The notes under the pieces are model-generated. The model was not told the DNA's origin. It saw only the letters and a list, made by a program, of their open reading frames with translations, and made no database searches. DNA of 64,000 bases from Clostridia bacterium (GTDB lineage: Bacteria; Bacillota; Clostridia; Oscillospirales; CAG-272). Shown in pieces: positions 43,776 through 53,465 of this stretch. The position numbers were made by a program, and so were the translations under genes. The stretch's first letter is position 1, and every line of letters begins with the position of its first letter. Location of the stretch: contig CAAGDE010000026.1 of assembly GCA_900768535.1 (NCBI GenBank), positions 50,535 through 114,534 on the forward strand, written 5' to 3'.

Positions 43776-43803
43776 AAAATGTTAAATCAAGTGCCGCTTT
43801 TGC

Positions 43804-44826
43804 TCATCGCTGCACTCTGCCGTTGGCGTTTCCGTTGGCGAGTGCGTGGATTTCGGAGACGGTGGCGGGGTTATAGTCGCCCTCCACCGAGTGCTTCAGG
43901 CAGCTTGCGGCGGCGGCAAAGCGGACGGCATCCTGTGCGGTCTGCCCGTCCCGCAGGGCATGGATGAGCCCTGCCGCAAAGGCATCACCGCCGCCCACGC
44001 GGTCAACAATCTCTATGCGGTACTTCTCGGAGGAGTACAGCGCTTTCCCGTCATACAGCTTTGCCGCAAAGGTATTGACCTCGGCGGAAAGCGTGCGGCG
44101 CTCGGTCAGCGCAATGTAGCGCAGCTGCGGGTAGAGTGCCTGCAGATCCTTTGCCAGCGCCAGGTATCCCCGGTCGGTCACGTCGTCCCCGTTCACCTCC
44201 GCCGCGGGAACACGGACGCCGGAGAGATCCGCCGCCTGATTTTCGTTCGTAATCAGGACATCCACATACGGCAGATAGCGCTTCATTGCCTCGGCGCAGT
44301 CCGCCACGCTCCACAGCTTGGAGCGGTAATTCGGGTCAAAGGAAACCGTCAGCCCCTTCTTTTTGGCAATCCGGCACGCATCCTCGCAGGCATCCGCCAC
44401 GCCCTTGCCGAGCGCAGGGGTAATGCCGGTCAGATGGAGCCAGTCCGCTCCGTCAAGGATGCGTTCCCAGTCAAATTCGTCCGCACGGGACAGTGCAATT
44501 GCCGAATTTGCCCGGTCATAGACCACCTTGGAGGGACGCTGGGACGCGCCGCGCTCCAGGTAGTAGACGCCCAGCCGATCGCCGCCGCGCAGGATGTCCC
44601 CGGTCTCCACGCCCCAGGTACGCAGGCTGTTGACCGCCGCCTGACCGATGTCCCCGGCAGGGATTTTGGACACGAACGCCGCCGCATCCCCCATGCAGGC
44701 AAGGGACACCGCCACGTTTGCCTCGGCACCGCCGAACGTGACCTCGAAGGCTCTCGCCTGCGACAGCCGTTCATAACCCGGCGCGGTCAGGCGCATCATC
44801 AATTCACCGAAGGTTACGACCTTCAT
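43804..44826 (-). CDS. kdgK: 2-dehydro-3-deoxygluconokinase (PfkB family)
   Basis: N-terminus FGELMMRL...FGGAEANVAVSLA and a C-terminal GGGDAF motif. Coupled to eda. Confidence 0.88.
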   Translation of the reverse strand: MKVVTFGELMMRLTAPGYERLSQARAFEVTFGGAEANVAVSLACMGDAAAFVSKIPAGDIGQAAVNSLRTWGVETGDILRGGDRLGVYYLERGASQRPSKVVYDRANSAIALSRADEFDWERILDGADWLHLTGITPALGKGVADACEDACRIAKKKGLTVSFDPNYRSKLWSVADCAEAMKRYLPYVDVLITNENQAADLSGVRVPAAEVNGDDVTDRGYLALAKDLQALYPQLRYIALTERRTLSAEVNTFAAKLYDGKALYSSEKYRIEIVDRVGGGDAFAAGLIHALRDGQTAQDAVRFAAAASCLKHSVEGDYNPATVSEIHALANGNANGRVQR

Positions 44827-45425
44827 CCGATCACCTCCCGGATTCTGCGGCAGTTCTCGCGGATATCGCCCTTCATCATGAAGCTTCCGCCGACCGCCAC
44901 AATGCGGTCAAATGCCAGATAGTCCGCAAGGTTGCCGAGATCCACACCGCCGGTCGGAAGAAACCGGACCTGCGGGAATGCCGCCGACAGCGCTTTGATA
45001 CTTGCCAGTCCCCCATAGACGTTCGCCGGGAAGAATTTGACGGTGGTGATTCCCAGTTCCAGCGCCGCCATGATCTCGGTAGGCGTTGCACAGCCGGGGC
45101 AGTACGGGATATCCGCCGCACGGCAGACCGCCGCAACCGAAGCGGAAAGTCCCGGAGAGACAACGAATTCCGCCCCCGCCGCAATTGCCGCCTTAGCCTG
45201 CGCTTCATTGATGACGGTTCCCGCACCGATGTGCATTTCGGGGAACCGCTCCGAACCGATACGGATGGCTTCTGCCGCGCAGTCGGTGCGGAAGGTGATT
45301 TCCGCCGCCGGAATGCCGCCGTCCCGGAGCGCCTCCAGGGTCGGAACCGTTTCGGACAGGTCATGAATGACCACCACCGGCAGAACCCTGATCCTGTCTG
45401 TCAGATTTCCTTTTTTCATTTCCAT
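44823..45425 (-). CDS. eda: KDPG / 4-hydroxy-2-oxoglutarate aldolase
   Basis: Eda family pattern (VVVI...EITFRT...GAGTV...KFFPA). 4-nt overlap with kdgK. Confidence 0.88.
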   Translation of the reverse strand: MEMKKGNLTDRIRVLPVVVIHDLSETVPTLEALRDGGIPAAEITFRTDCAAEAIRIGSERFPEMHIGAGTVINEAQAKAAIAAGAEFVVSPGLSASVAAVCRAADIPYCPGCATPTEIMAALELGITTVKFFPANVYGGLASIKALSAAFPQVRFLPTGGVDLGNLADYLAFDRIVAVGGSFMMKGDIRENCRRIREVIG

Positions 45426-45440
45426 GATGTATCCCCTTCT

Positions 45441-45470
45441 TCAGAAAACGCCTGCGTAAACAGGCGTTTT
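45441..45470 (-). terminator. Terminator after prs
   Basis: AACGCCTG/CAGGCGTT stem followed by TTTTCTG on the minus strand. Confidence 0.65.
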
Positions 45471-45478
45471 CGTATATT

Positions 45479-46630
45479 TCAGTTCTGCTCCTCGAATTCG
45501 ATCTTCATCTGCGATGCCTGTGCATTGCGGTGCTTTTCCATCAGCGTATTGATGCGCTTGACCGGGTTCAGGAGTGCGCTGATCGTTTCGTCGTTGTTCA
45601 GCGTGTCAATCAGGTATGCCACATATTTGCACATATTGACCTCAACGTACCAGGGCTTGGAGGCAAGCTCCGGACGCCGGTAGGTCAGGTTGGTGGTAAA
45701 GACCTTGTCAAAGACCTTCTCGCCGTATGCCTGATCGAATTTGTCACAGCCGTCCGTGAACAGACCGAAGGTTGCAAAGCAGAACACGCGGCTCGCGCCC
45801 TTTTCCTTGAGCTGACGGCAGACATCAATCATTGATTCGCCGGAGGAGATCATATCGTCCACCACGATCGCATCCTTGCCGTGCAGATCCTGTCCGAGGT
45901 ATTCGTGCGCCTCAATCGGATTTCTGCCGTTGACAACGATGGAATAGTTACGGCGCTTGTAGAACATTCCGATGTCCAGTCCCAGCACCGAGGAATAGTA
46001 CATACACCGCGACATCGCGCCCTCATCGGGAGAGATGATTGCCATGTGATCCTTGTCAATCTGCACGTCCGGGATGGCGCGCACCAGTGCCTTGATCATC
46101 TGATAGGTCGGCTGGACGTTGTCAAAGCCGGAGAGCGGAATGGCATTGCAGATGCGCTGATCGTGTGCGTCAAAGGTCAGGATGTTCGATACGCCCATAT
46201 GAACCAGCTCCTGCAGCATCAGCGCGCAGTCCAGCGACTCCCGCCCGCTGCGCTTGTGCTGTCTGCCTTCATACAACATCGGCATGATGACCGTAATGCG
46301 TCTTGCCTTGCCTTCAATTGCCGCGATGATGCGCTTCAGGTCGGCGTAGTGCTCGTCCGGTCCCATCGGAACGGTCATGCCGTACATTTTGTAGGTCACG
46401 CCGTAGTTGAAGGTATCACAGATGATGTAGATATCCTTTCCGCGCATGGATTCGTGCAGAACCGCCTTGCCCTCGCCGGAACCGAACCGCAGACAGTCGG
46501 CGGCGATGACATAGGTCCCGTCTCCTCCGTGCCTGCGCCAGTCCTTCAGATAGTAGTCCACCTGCGATGTGAATTTCTCACAGCCCTTCATGCCGATCAC
46601 GCCAAGCTCTCCGCAACGATTGTCCTTCAT
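45479..46630 (-). CDS. prs: Ribose-phosphate pyrophosphokinase-like protein (long, about 383-aa clostridial form)
   Basis: PRPP-synthetase-like regions (RITVIMPMLYEGRQHKR, AIVVDDMISSGES). GGAGG RBS before the ATG at 46630. Confidence 0.8.
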   Translation of the reverse strand: MKDNRCGELGVIGMKGCEKFTSQVDYYLKDWRRHGGDGTYVIAADCLRFGSGEGKAVLHESMRGKDIYIICDTFNYGVTYKMYGMTVPMGPDEHYADLKRIIAAIEGKARRITVIMPMLYEGRQHKRSGRESLDCALMLQELVHMGVSNILTFDAHDQRICNAIPLSGFDNVQPTYQMIKALVRAIPDVQIDKDHMAIISPDEGAMSRCMYYSSVLGLDIGMFYKRRNYSIVVNGRNPIEAHEYLGQDLHGKDAIVVDDMISSGESMIDVCRQLKEKGASRVFCFATFGLFTDGCDKFDQAYGEKVFDKVFTTNLTYRRPELASKPWYVEVNMCKYVAYLIDTLNNDETISALLNPVKRINTLMEKHRNAQASQMKIEFEEQN

Positions 46631-46773
46631 AAATGCCTCCAAAATATGTTTTTTCTCACGGCTCCGTCGGACGGGCGGCGCCGCTTTTATGCCCCTGAAT
46701 TCCGCGCACGGAGAATCCGTACACGGCTCCGGCAGGTCTGTATTCGCCGGAAAGAAGAATTGCTTCTTCTGAA

Positions 46774-48249
46774 TTACCGATAGAGTGTACGGATTCTGCC
46801 GTATGCTTCGTCCCACATATTCCGGTCAGCGGTCGGAAGATACTGCTTCGTCTCAAAGGATGCCGCCACGACCCGGCGCGCCTGGCCGAGATCCGAGACC
46901 TCGCCCGCCGCCATCAGCTGCATCATCAGGTTTCCGATTGCGGTTGCCTCCTCGGGTCCGGCACACACCGGAATTCCGCACGCATCCGCAGTCAGCTGCG
47001 ACAGGAACCGATCCTTGGTTCCGCCGCCCACAACATGAATCACCCTTGCACGTCTGCCCATCAGCTCCATAACCCGCTCGGCAACCGAACGGTATTTGAG
47101 CGCCAGGCTCTCATAAATGCACCGGACGACCTCACCCACGCTTTCCGGAACCGGCTGCGCGGTGCGCTTGCAGTATGCGCGGATCTTCTCCGGCATATCT
47201 CCGGGCGTTGCAAAATCGGAATCGTCCACATCAATCAGGCTCCGGAACGGAGTGCTTTCCTTTGCCCAGGCTTCCATCTGCGCAAAGCTGTAGTCCTTGC
47301 CCTCGCGCCGCCACTGTCTGCGCGACTCCTGAATGATCCAGAGCCCCATGATGTTCTTGAGGAACCGCACGGTCCCGCAGGCGCCGCCCTCGTTGGTAAA
47401 GTTCGCCGCCCGGCTTTCCGCATTGATGAGCGGGTCGGACAGCTCGGTGCCCATGAGCGACCAGGTGCCGCTGCTGATATAAAGGAAGTCCTTTTCCTCC
47501 GAGGGCACCGCAATGACCGCGCTGGCGGTATCATGCGAGGCAACGGTCAGCACGTGCGCGTCGGTTTTCCCGGTCTCCCCCTGCACCTGCGGCAGGAGCG
47601 TGCCCAGGTCGGTTCCGGGCGCCGTGACATCACCGAACAGCCGGCGCGGAATGCCGAGACGGTCGAGAAGTTCCCATGCATAATCCCGCTTCTTCGCATC
47701 CAGCAGTGCGCCGGTGGAAAGAATGGTGTATTCGTTCGCCATCCGCCCGGTCAGGAAGTAGTTGAGCAGATCGGGAATGTTCAGCATCCGCTCCACCTGT
47801 GCCAGCTTTTCGGGGGCTTCCTCCCGCTCCACTGCCAGCTGGTAAACGGTGTTGAAGTTGAGCGTCTGAATGCCGGCAACCCGGTACAGCTCCTCTGCCG
47901 GAACCGTGCGGCTGACCAGCTCCTGCGCCCCCTCGGTCCTTGTATCCCGATAGTGAACGGGATTGGAGAGCAGTCTTCCCGCCCGGTCCAGCAAGCCGTA
48001 GTCGACGCCCCATGTATCAATACCGATCGACGAGACTGCGTCCCCGTCCAGAACCGTTTTCTGAACGGATAGCTTGATCTCATGAAAAATTCTCAGAATA
48101 TCCCAGTAGAGTCTGCCGCAAAGGTTGACCGGGTCGTTGGAAAACCGGTGGTTTTCCCGCAGGGTGAGCCGCTCTCCGTCGAATGCGCCGACGATGCCTC
48201 TCCCGCTGGAAGCACCGAGATCAATTGCAAGCATTTTGCGTTCTGCCAT
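46774..48249 (-). CDS. FGGY-family sugar kinase, rhamnulokinase-like
   Basis: N-terminus LAIDLGASSGR...IGIDTWGVDYGLLD is typical of RhaB-type kinases. No other rha genes are adjacent. Confidence 0.82.
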   Translation of the reverse strand: MAERKMLAIDLGASSGRGIVGAFDGERLTLRENHRFSNDPVNLCGRLYWDILRIFHEIKLSVQKTVLDGDAVSSIGIDTWGVDYGLLDRAGRLLSNPVHYRDTRTEGAQELVSRTVPAEELYRVAGIQTLNFNTVYQLAVEREEAPEKLAQVERMLNIPDLLNYFLTGRMANEYTILSTGALLDAKKRDYAWELLDRLGIPRRLFGDVTAPGTDLGTLLPQVQGETGKTDAHVLTVASHDTASAVIAVPSEEKDFLYISSGTWSLMGTELSDPLINAESRAANFTNEGGACGTVRFLKNIMGLWIIQESRRQWRREGKDYSFAQMEAWAKESTPFRSLIDVDDSDFATPGDMPEKIRAYCKRTAQPVPESVGEVVRCIYESLALKYRSVAERVMELMGRRARVIHVVGGGTKDRFLSQLTADACGIPVCAGPEEATAIGNLMMQLMAAGEVSDLGQARRVVAASFETKQYLPTADRNMWDEAYGRIRTLYR

Positions 48250-48318
48250 AAGCTTTGTTCCTCCGCCGGACGGATACCGTCCGTCCTGTCTTTATTATAC
48301 CATTCCGGGAAAATGATG

Positions 48319-48951
48319 TCAAGTGGTTTTTGCTTTTTTTGCATCCGGAATCAGACAATATCCGACACCCCGGACACACTCCAGCGATGCCCCGGCGCAC
48401 ACCCCCCTCAGTTTCTTTCGGACCGAGGAAAGATAGACCTCCAGCTTTCCCTTTGCCGGAGCCTCCATCTGCGCCGCCAGTTCAGCCCGCGGGACCGGTT
48501 TGCCGTCCGCCCGCAGAAGCAGTTCGGTCAGCCGGCGCTCGGTCGGCGTCAGCGAGACAGTCCGTCCCCCGCACGCCAGCCCCGCCCCGCTTAGGCACAG
48601 TCCCGGCGCGTTTCCGCTCTCCTGGATCCGCTCCTGCGGTACGGTGCCAAGCCCCGACAGCACCTCCCGCCGGAGCAGACTCATGCGGAAGGGACGGCGC
48701 AGGATCATGGCACACCGCCTGGCATCCTCGTCTGCCGAGACCGCCGGAAGCCGGCTGAAGCCGATCAGGTAGCCGTAGCTTCCCTCCGGAGGAACGGATG
48801 CGCTGTCGAGATCCACAATGGTGACATCCGCGCTCCCCGGCGCTTCCTGACCGGATGCCAGTCCGGCGGTCAGATGCCAGCCCTCAAACTCCAGCTGCAG
48901 CATCCTGCCGAACACCGTGTCCCCCGTCAGGATCAAAACCTGATACCGCAT
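48319..48951 (-). CDS. OmpR-type winged-helix regulator with a degenerate (pseudo-)receiver domain
   Basis: C-terminal Trans_reg_C pattern (LTPTERRLTELLL...VYLSSVRKKL...VRGVGYCL). The N-terminal receiver-like fold lacks the canonical acidic pair and the Lys. Confidence 0.7.
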   Translation of the reverse strand: MRYQVLILTGDTVFGRMLQLEFEGWHLTAGLASGQEAPGSADVTIVDLDSASVPPEGSYGYLIGFSRLPAVSADEDARRCAMILRRPFRMSLLRREVLSGLGTVPQERIQESGNAPGLCLSGAGLACGGRTVSLTPTERRLTELLLRADGKPVPRAELAAQMEAPAKGKLEVYLSSVRKKLRGVCAGASLECVRGVGYCLIPDAKKAKTT

Positions 48952-48953
48952 CG

Positions 48954-51356
48954 TTATTTCACGACGAGATTGACGATCTTATTCGGAACCGAGATCTCCT
49001 TGACCACGGTTTTCCCCTCCAGCTGTGCAGCCACACGGGAATCTGCCTTCGCCAGGGCGATCGCCTCCTCCTTCGGACAGTTCAGCGGCAGCTCTACCGT
49101 TGCGCGAACCTTGCCGTTGATCTGTACCGCGACCTCCACGGTGCTGTCCACCGTTTTGGCATCGTCCCATTCCGGCCACGGTGCCAGCGAGCAGAAGCCC
49201 TTGCCGCCGATGCTCTCCCACATTTCCTCCGCCAGGTGCGGCGCAAACGGGCAGATCAGGCGGATGAGCACGGACAATTCGTCCGGTGTCAGGCTTCCGA
49301 CCTCATAGATCTCATTGAGCAGGGACATCATCGCCGCGATTGCGGTATTGAACTTCAGTTCTTCGATATCCCCGGAGACCTTTTTGACGGTCTTATGGAA
49401 GGAGGACTCCAGCTTTGCATTGCCGCCGTCCGGACGCACGAGGTCGGTCAGGTCGGCAATCCGCTCCAGAAAGCGCTTGCAGCCCTTCATCGAGCTTTCG
49501 TTCCACGGTGCGGCGCTGGCATAGTCGCCCATGAACAGAACATACGTCCGCAGAACGTCCGCGCCGTACTCGTCCACCACATCGTTCGGGTCCACCACGT
49601 TCCCCTTCGATTTCGACATTTTTTCGCCGTCCGGCCCCAGAATCAGCCCCTGCGCGGTGCGCTTTGCATAGGGCTCGTCGCACGGAACCGCGCCGATATC
49701 ATACAGGAATTTGTGCCAGAAGCGGGAATAGATCATATGCCGCGTGACGTGCTCCATGCCGCCGTTGTACCAGTCCACCGGGAGCCAGTATTTCAGCTTT
49801 TCGGGATCCGCCAGCGCCTGTTCGTTGTGCGGGTCGATATACCGCAGATAATACCAAGAGGAGCCTGCCCACTGCGGCATGGTGTCGGTCTCGCGCCGGG
49901 CATCGCCGCCGCACTTCGGGCATTTGCAGTTGACAAAGGACGGAATTTTTGCCAGCGGGCTTTCCCCGCCCTCGCCCGGCTCGAAGTTTTCGATCTTCGG
50001 CAGCTTCAGCGGCAGCTCGGAATACGGCACCGGAACCATCCCGCACGCGGGGCAATGGACAATCGGAATCGGCTCGCCCCAGTAGCGCTGCCGGTTGAAT
50101 GCCCAGTCCTTCATTTTATACTGTACGCCCGCCTCACCGAGCCCGTGCTCGGTCAGGTATTCCAGCATCCGGGCGATGGAATCCTTCTTATTGGTGTAAC
50201 CGTTGAGGAAATCCGAGTTGACCATCTCCCCGTCGCCGGCATAGGCGGCTTTGGAAACGTCTCCCCCGCGGATGACCTCCACAATGTCGATTCCGAACTT
50301 CTTTGCAAACGACCAGTCGCGCTCGTCATGCGCCGGAACCGCCATAATCGCGCCCGTTCCGTATCCCATCATCACATAGTCCGAGATATAAATCGGAATC
50401 TCTCTGCCGGACACCGGGTTGACGGCGGTCAGTCCCTCAATGCGCACGCCGGTCTTATCCTTGACCAGCTGGGTCCGCTCGAATTCGGTCTTTTTCGCGC
50501 ACGCATCCTTATATGCATCCAGCGCGGCGATATTGGCAATGCGGTCGCGGTATTTTTCGATGACGGGATGCTCCGGAGCAATGACCATGAAGGTCACGCC
50601 GAACAGCGTGTCGGGACGCGTGGTGTAAATGCGGAGCCGGTCATCCGTGCCGGCGAGCGGAAAGTTCACATAGGCGCCGGTGGACTTGCCGATCCAGTTG
50701 ATCTGCTGCTGCCTGATGTTCGGCAGATAATCGACCTCATCCAAGCCCCGGAGCAGTCTGTCCGCGTACTGCGTGATGCGCAGATACCACACGGTTTTGG
50801 ACTTCTGCACGATGTCGCTGTGGCAGATGTCGCACTTGCCTCCCTGGGAATCCTCGTTCGAGAGCACCACCTTGCAGGACGGGCAGTAGTTGACCAGCGC
50901 CGTGTCCCGGAACACCAGTCCGTTTTCGAACATCTTCAAAAAGATCCACTGCGTCCAGCGATAGTAATCCTCCTCCGTGGTGTCGATCACACGGTCCCAG
51001 TCAAAGGAAAAGCCGACCCGCTTGAGCTGAGAGGTGAATTTTGTGATGTTTTTGTCGGTCACCTGACGCGGGTGAATCCCGGTCTTGATGGCATAGTTCT
51101 CGGTCGGCAGACCGTATGCGTCAAAGCCGATCGGAAACAGGACGTTGTAGCCCTGCATTCTCCGCTTGCGGGAGACGACCTCCAGCCCGGAGTACGCTTT
51201 GATATGTCCCACGTGCATTCCCGCGCCGGAGGGGTACGGAAATTCGACCAATGTGTAATATTTCGGCTTTTTGCTGTTGTCCTCGGCATGAAAGATATCG
51301 GCTTCCTCCCATTTCTTCTGCCACTTCGGTTCAATCTCTTTGAATTGATATTTCAT
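48954..51356 (-). CDS. leuS: Leucine--tRNA ligase
   Basis: HIGH-type motif HVGH, KMSKS motif and CP1 editing domain. 800 aa. Confidence 0.97.
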   Translation of the reverse strand: MKYQFKEIEPKWQKKWEEADIFHAEDNSKKPKYYTLVEFPYPSGAGMHVGHIKAYSGLEVVSRKRRMQGYNVLFPIGFDAYGLPTENYAIKTGIHPRQVTDKNITKFTSQLKRVGFSFDWDRVIDTTEEDYYRWTQWIFLKMFENGLVFRDTALVNYCPSCKVVLSNEDSQGGKCDICHSDIVQKSKTVWYLRITQYADRLLRGLDEVDYLPNIRQQQINWIGKSTGAYVNFPLAGTDDRLRIYTTRPDTLFGVTFMVIAPEHPVIEKYRDRIANIAALDAYKDACAKKTEFERTQLVKDKTGVRIEGLTAVNPVSGREIPIYISDYVMMGYGTGAIMAVPAHDERDWSFAKKFGIDIVEVIRGGDVSKAAYAGDGEMVNSDFLNGYTNKKDSIARMLEYLTEHGLGEAGVQYKMKDWAFNRQRYWGEPIPIVHCPACGMVPVPYSELPLKLPKIENFEPGEGGESPLAKIPSFVNCKCPKCGGDARRETDTMPQWAGSSWYYLRYIDPHNEQALADPEKLKYWLPVDWYNGGMEHVTRHMIYSRFWHKFLYDIGAVPCDEPYAKRTAQGLILGPDGEKMSKSKGNVVDPNDVVDEYGADVLRTYVLFMGDYASAAPWNESSMKGCKRFLERIADLTDLVRPDGGNAKLESSFHKTVKKVSGDIEELKFNTAIAAMMSLLNEIYEVGSLTPDELSVLIRLICPFAPHLAEEMWESIGGKGFCSLAPWPEWDDAKTVDSTVEVAVQINGKVRATVELPLNCPKEEAIALAKADSRVAAQLEGKTVVKEISVPNKIVNLVVK

Positions 51357-51778
51357 TGCTCCTCTTTCGCCTCTCCTTCCGCTTTCTCATCGATGCCGAC
51401 ATAACGGATCTCCTCCGCGTCACCGTACAGCTTTTCCAGCTTGTAAAACTCGCGCGACTCCCGGCTGAAGATGTGCAGAATCACGGTTCCGTAGTCCACC
51501 ACAACCCAGTTGTTGTTATCCCTGCCCTCAAAATGCAGCGGATTCACGCCGCGCAGTCCCAGCCTGTACTCGACCTCTCCGCCCAGTGCCTTGATCTGCG
51601 TGTTGGACGTACCCGTGCAGATGACGAAACAGTCGGTCAGCACCGTCTGCTCCCGGACGTGCAGGACGCGGATGTCCTTTGCTTTCTTTGCGTCCAGGAC
51701 ATCAAAAATCGCGTGTGCCAGTTCCTCCGGGGTTGCTCCCGCCAATGAGGGAAGCTCTTCGGTCTTCATTTCTTCCAT
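51353..51778 (-). CDS. rsfS: Ribosome silencing factor RsfS
   Basis: RsfS pattern TDCFVICTGTSNTQIKAL...WVVVDYGTVILHIF. AAAGGAG RBS. Confidence 0.88.
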   Translation of the reverse strand: MEEMKTEELPSLAGATPEELAHAIFDVLDAKKAKDIRVLHVREQTVLTDCFVICTGTSNTQIKALGGEVEYRLGLRGVNPLHFEGRDNNNWVVVDYGTVILHIFSRESREFYKLEKLYGDAEEIRYVGIDEKAEGEAKEEQ

Positions 51779-51791
51779 ATCTGTGTCTCCT

Positions 51792-52757
51792 TTACGGCAC
51801 ACCCGGTGCCGTGTAAATTCTGTGAAATTCCGGGTTGGCGGTTCTGTCGAAGAGCCGCTCCGGGTCAAACGCAACCGGTTCCTCACCGGACCATCGGGAC
51901 AGTGCCCCGGTCATATCCGCCCGGCGGAGGATATAATACCATGCGCCGCTGACCCCCTTTGCCGCCTCGCCCGGTGCCGTTTCTGCCGAGAAGGACGGGT
52001 GCTCCGCCCGCCGGAGCGCAAACGCCAGGCGAACGGCATCTCCCAGAGGCAGATCGGTCCTCACGTCCGGCAGAATCCGCATACACAGCCGGATCAGCGC
52101 ATCGGGCGGGAGCGTGCGGCAGGTGCGGAAAAATGCTTCGAGAAAGAGCTTCTGCGCATCCAGCCGACCGAGATCGGCATCGGCATAGCCTGCCCGGAAC
52201 CGGACAAACTGCTCCGCCATCTCCCCCGTCAGCCGCGTCACTCCGGCGGGAAGGTTGATCTCCAACCCCTGCACCGGGTCGCTGTAGGTCATAGGTGACG
52301 GGATATCAAGCTCCACGCCGCCCACGGCATCCACCGCGCGCCGGACGCAATCGAGATCATACACCGCCACGTGATCAATACGTACCCCCAGCGCCGTTTC
52401 CAGCCATTCCGCAGCACCGTCCGCTCCAAGCGTGTTGTACAGTCCGTTGAGCTTTTTGTAGTCCCGCTCGGTGTATGCCGCGTAGGTGTCGCGCGGGAGC
52501 TGAAGAATCCGGACGTCCCCGCTCTCCGGCGTGACGCTGACAAGCAGGATGCTGTCGGTCAGCCGTGCGGCACGGTCGCAGCCCAGCAGGAGCAGATGCA
52601 GCGGTGCTTCTTGGGAATCCGCCGCAATTGCGGAATCCTCTGTCCCGCCTGCGGGGGGTTCTTTCCCTCCCCGTGCGTCCGCCCGCGCGGCAAAAAACAG
52701 AAGGACACCCACCGCCAGCAAAACGGCAATACAGACGGTCAGCCTGATTTTCGACAT
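51792..52757 (-). CDS. LytR-CpsA-Psr (LCP) family protein
   Basis: N-terminal TM anchor, then LLLGCD...SDSILLVSV...LQLPRDT, typical of LCP. Confidence 0.85.
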   Translation of the reverse strand: MSKIRLTVCIAVLLAVGVLLFFAARADARGGKEPPAGGTEDSAIAADSQEAPLHLLLLGCDRAARLTDSILLVSVTPESGDVRILQLPRDTYAAYTERDYKKLNGLYNTLGADGAAEWLETALGVRIDHVAVYDLDCVRRAVDAVGGVELDIPSPMTYSDPVQGLEINLPAGVTRLTGEMAEQFVRFRAGYADADLGRLDAQKLFLEAFFRTCRTLPPDALIRLCMRILPDVRTDLPLGDAVRLAFALRRAEHPSFSAETAPGEAAKGVSGAWYYILRRADMTGALSRWSGEEPVAFDPERLFDRTANPEFHRIYTAPGVP

Positions 52758-52805
52758 GGCGCTACCTCACCTTTCCCTATGATGTAGCGAACCGTCAATC
52801 AAACG

Positions 52806-53444
52806 TTATGTTTTCCCTGCCGCCTCGCGGAGCAGCTCGTTTCTCGCTTCAACCGTATCCGCGGCAACCGGAGTTCCCTCCTCCAGCAGGTCACGGATCG
52901 TCATATCGTAGGAAAGCAGAAGCGTCTCGCGCAGAAGGGTGTTCCGCTCCTGTGGCGTCAGCTTCTCCGGCTCCGCGCCCCAGAAATAGCGCCGCAGCAG
53001 GACGCAGTTTCGGAACGTGCGGGACGCATCGATATAATCCGCCAGGTAGAGCAGTTTTTCGGTCAGCGTCATGCCGGCGTGCCCCGTGGTATGCCAACGC
53101 ACGGCGGAAACGACGAGCGGATCGGCAAAGGCGGGATAGTCCACCGGGATCTGTGCCGCCGCCGTCCGTGCGTGCAGGGTCTTCGGCGCCAGCAGATCGC
53201 CGTCATCCACCGGAATGCCGTATGCGTTGCACAGGAGAACCTGCTCCTGCACGGGAAGCTCCTTGGTGATGTCATGCAAAAGCGCCGCCGCGCGCAGCTG
53301 CATCGTCCGCTCCGGACAGTACAGTCCGCTCAGCCGTGCAACCATGTCCTCGACTGCCGCGGTATGCCGGAACCGCTTGGGCGACAGAATTCCGAACACC
53401 GTTTCGCGCAGTCCCGACAGCGCGTCTTCCGTAATCACAGTCAT
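52806..53444 (-). CDS. yqeK: HD-domain phosphohydrolase YqeK
   Basis: HD motif (RFRHT...LLHDITK). Conserved nadD-yqeK adjacency. Confidence 0.85.
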   Translation of the reverse strand: MTVITEDALSGLRETVFGILSPKRFRHTAAVEDMVARLSGLYCPERTMQLRAAALLHDITKELPVQEQVLLCNAYGIPVDDGDLLAPKTLHARTAAAQIPVDYPAFADPLVVSAVRWHTTGHAGMTLTEKLLYLADYIDASRTFRNCVLLRRYFWGAEPEKLTPQERNTLLRETLLLSYDMTIRDLLEEGTPVAADTVEARNELLREAAGKT

Positions 53445-53465
53445 TATGTCTCACCTGCCTGAATC

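Noticed and set aside
46631-46773. 143-nt prs leader with a duplicated CGGAGCCGTG and alternative pairings (GGAG...CTCC versus CTCCGT...ACGGAG), considered as a riboswitch or attenuator.
   Set aside because: It matches no riboswitch class I know, has no terminator with a U tract, and I could find no promoter. This is too weak to claim without an Infernal scan and comparative data.
48855-51404. 849-aa plus-strand ORF antisense to leuS, and 818-aa ORF 58127-60583 antisense to smc.
   Set aside because: Same reasoning. The leuS and smc calls carry HIGH/KMSKS and Walker/hinge signatures, and the antisense products carry none.
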